26,336 nt of DNA from a virus (Duplodnaviria > Caudoviricetes): the IMG/VR virus record IMGVR_UViG_3300043414_000124, positions 1 to 26,336 of that record; one strand, written 5' to 3'. The translations under genes were made by a program, and so were the position numbers. Positions 24,438 to 26,336 of the stretch are shown one piece after another. The notes beneath the pieces are model-generated. The model was not told the origin of the DNA, did not search any database, and was given only the letters and a program-made list of their open reading frames with translations. How positions within the stretch are numbered: the stretch's first letter is position 1; every line of letters starts with the position of its first letter.

Positions 24438-24854
24438 ATGAGCAATTCAGTCGCAATCGGTGTCGCATACAGTGACCCAGAATTCACAACTTGTTATGCA
24501 AGTTCAGAAATTGGCTACTCAGCCGCTGCACAAGGCGCTGTGACACAGCTAACAGACAAAGCCACAGGGGTAACTCTGAACAAGTCTGCTGGTCGCATCA
24601 CAATGAACAACGCAGCTTTGGCTGGCGCTGCTGCCGTTTCGTTTATTTTGACCAATAGCACGATCTCTATTAACGACACAATCATTGTGTGTATTTCCAG
24701 TAACACCACTGGTACTACGGCTGGTGCGTACACCACTTACGTTTCGTATTTGGCTGCTGGCTCTGCCCTGATCACTTTGCGGAATTTGACTGCTGCTACC
24801 TCATATTCTGAGGCAGTAATCATCAATTTTGCAATCATTCACGGCGCATCTTAA
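24438..24854 (+). CDS. Putative virion structural protein
   Basis: GAVTQ.T.K.TGVTLNK..G.ITMNNAALA ... I.LRN.T.....EA..INFA.I beta-rich motif. SD AAGGA. Confidence 0.6.
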   Translation: MSNSVAIGVAYSDPEFTTCYASSEIGYSAAAQGAVTQLTDKATGVTLNKSAGRITMNNAALAGAAAVSFILTNSTISINDTIIVCISSNTTGTTAGAYTTYVSYLAAGSALITLRNLTAATSYSEAVIINFAIIHGAS

Positions 24855-24855
24855 A

Positions 24856-25002
24856 ATGCCTTTGATTAAGTCAATGCTCCCCAAGGCAATGAGTAAAAAC
24901 ATTGCCAAGGAGATCGCTGCCGGTAAGCCCCAAAAGCAAGCCGTGGCAATCGGATACGCCGTAAAGCGCGAAGCTGAGAAAAAAGCCAAAGCGAAAAAGT
25001 GA
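24856..25002 (+). CDS. Small basic protein, 48 aa, KPQKQAVAI family (not in ORF track)
   Basis: MPLIKSMLPKAMSKNIAKEIAAGKPQKQAVAIGYAVKREAEKKAKAKK*. GTGA overlap downstream. Confidence 0.72.
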   Translation: MPLIKSMLPKAMSKNIAKEIAAGKPQKQAVAIGYAVKREAEKKAKAKK

Positions 25003-25268
25003 AGCACGACAAGCCAATACCGCACAAAACCGTGGGGAAGGGTAAGACCTACAACCCCACGGATAAAGGCGCTGGAATGACTGCCAAAGGCCGTGCAGAG
25101 TACAACGCTAAGAACAATGCGAACCTAAAGCCGCCTGCGCCAAATCCTAAGACGAAGGCAGACGAGGGACGCAAGGCAAGTTTTTGCGCCCGAATGGAAG
25201 GCGTAGTAAAGAACGCCAAAGGCCCAGCGGAACGAGCAAAGGCATCACTCAAGAATTGGAAATGTTGA
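24999..25268 (+). CDS. Basic conserved phage protein (DUF6321-like)
   Basis: GAGMTAKGR..YN.....NLK.PAPNP.....GRK.SFCARM.G ... SL..WKC. Confidence 0.7.
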   Translation: MKHDKPIPHKTVGKGKTYNPTDKGAGMTAKGRAEYNAKNNANLKPPAPNPKTKADEGRKASFCARMEGVVKNAKGPAERAKASLKNWKC

Positions 25269-25480
25269 TGACCAAAGATTTGATTGGCAAGTACAACACA
25301 ACAAAGCAATTTTTTGAGAATGGATATGCCATTCCTTTGTACGGCGTTCACACTCATTTGTGGATACATTTTGACAAAGAAATAGTTTTGCCGCATGGCG
25401 CAGTAGAAATCAACAGGATTAACGACATTCCTTGCGCTTTGTGGAAATATGTTCTAGAAGCTGCAAAGGAAAAAGCATGA
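25268..25480 (+). CDS. Hypothetical protein
   Basis: 70 aa from the TGATG-coupled ATG. Confidence 0.55.
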   Translation: MTKDLIGKYNTTKQFFENGYAIPLYGVHTHLWIHFDKEIVLPHGAVEINRINDIPCALWKYVLEAAKEKA

Positions 25481-25638
25481 AACCAGGTCTATACGCCAAT
25501 ATTCACGCTAAACAAGAGCGCATTAAGCAAGAAAAGGCTGCGGGCGAAAAAGTAGAGCGTATGCGTAAGCCTGGCGCTAAAGGTGCGCCTACGGCTGCGG
25601 CATTCAAAGAATCTGCCAAAACTGCAAAGAAGAAGTAA
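25477..25638 (+). CDS. Small basic protein (GLYANIHAK...SAKTAK family)
   Basis: MKPGLYANIHAKQERI...MRKPGAKGAPTAAAFKESAKTAKKK. ATGA overlap, SD AAGGA. Confidence 0.72.
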   Translation: MKPGLYANIHAKQERIKQEKAAGEKVERMRKPGAKGAPTAAAFKESAKTAKKK

Positions 25639-25643
25639 AAATT

Positions 25644-26336
25644 GTGAACCCACTATCAGCTTTAATTCCAGCTGGTTCACAGCCAAGTAATCCAGCTGAA
25701 GCCAAATATTTTGAGCGAATAAAAAAAGATTACGCTGGGTTAGTGAAAGAATATTCCAAATTGGAAGATTCAAAAGGCGGCAAAGTTATAAACACGGATG
25801 TTGCCCGAGAACTTTCGCCAGAATACCGAGCAGATCGCACCAGAAGTGCAGACATTCATGAACCATCTAGCCAGCTGGCAAAGATGATGTATGCCCAAAA
25901 ATTGGCTGAACCAACGCCTCAAGGAATGCAAAAACGAGTGTTGTTCTCAGCTGGTGGCACAGGAGCAGGTAAAACGACAGCATTAGAACAAGTGGCTAAA
26001 AGTTCACCGATGGTGGCAAAAGCCAAAATAATTTACGACACCAACATGAATTCGTTGGAATCGGCTCAAAAGAAAATCCAACAAGCATTGGATGCCGGTC
26101 ACCAGGTTGGTGTGGCTTATGTTCACCGTGATCCAGTAGAAGCATTGGTAAAAGGCGCTTTAAGTAGAGCCACAAGGATGGAACAAGAAAGTGGAACAGG
26201 CAGAACCGTCCCGTTAACAGAGCATCTAAAGACCCATGTTGGCGCTCGAAAAGTCATTGAGCAATTGATGAATATGTACAAAGACAACAAAGATGTTGGC
26301 TTTCAAGTGATTGACAACTCAAAGGGGAAAGGCAAT
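25644..26336 (+). CDS. Zeta-toxin-like P-loop kinase, 3'-truncated (not in ORF track)
   Basis: GTG start; 231 open codons to the window end. Motifs: VINTDVARELSPEY...HEPSSQLAK, VLFSAGGTGAGKTT (Walker A, 25953-25979), IIYDTN, YVHRDP.EA, SRA......GRTVP, VIDNS. Confidence 0.75.
   Translation, partial: MNPLSALIPAGSQPSNPAEAKYFERIKKDYAGLVKEYSKLEDSKGGKVINTDVARELSPEYRADRTRSADIHEPSSQLAKMMYAQKLAEPTPQGMQKRVLFSAGGTGAGKTTALEQVAKSSPMVAKAKIIYDTNMNSLESAQKKIQQALDAGHQVGVAYVHRDPVEALVKGALSRATRMEQESGTGRTVPLTEHLKTHVGARKVIEQLMNMYKDNKDVGFQVIDNSKGKGN

Noticed and set aside
1-26336. Alternative genetic code or stop-codon recoding
   Set aside because: Genes are full-length and tightly packed under the standard code, with TAA, TGA and TAG all used as stops.

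Overview
A 26.3 kb segment of a tailed dsDNA phage genome with P22-like (podovirus) morphogenesis genes and a lambdoid-style early/replication region. No host genes, integrase or CI-type repressor are visible. Plus strand, 1-15881: end of the scaffold, P22-type coat, decoration/fibre genes, a pectate-lyase-like tailspike, gp4- and gp10-like tail proteins, needle/fibre, a cupin, three ejection proteins (the largest with a lytic transglycosylase domain) and a lysis cassette (holin-like genes plus a GH108 endolysin). Minus strand, 15867-20493: a leftward early operon (ERF recombinase, SSB-like, wHTH, LPD29, many small ORFs). Plus strand, 20652-end: cro, DUF1376 initiator with iterons, loader, VRR-NUC, NinB, DUF1364-like nuclease, ferritin/Dps-like protein, GroES, small basic proteins and a truncated zeta-like P-loop kinase. 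Most notable: (1) three early promoters sharing one architecture (operator abutting a TACAAT -10, no good -35, a TAGGG-N4/5-CCCTA palindrome at fixed spacing, covarying 5' leader hairpins, leaderless cro) with no CI; (2) several candidate structured RNAs, including a pseudoknotted three-way junction before the initiator and tandem GGA-loop hairpins in the tail module; (3) a zeta-like kinase with rearranged motif order. Family assignments come from motif recognition only; no database searches were run.
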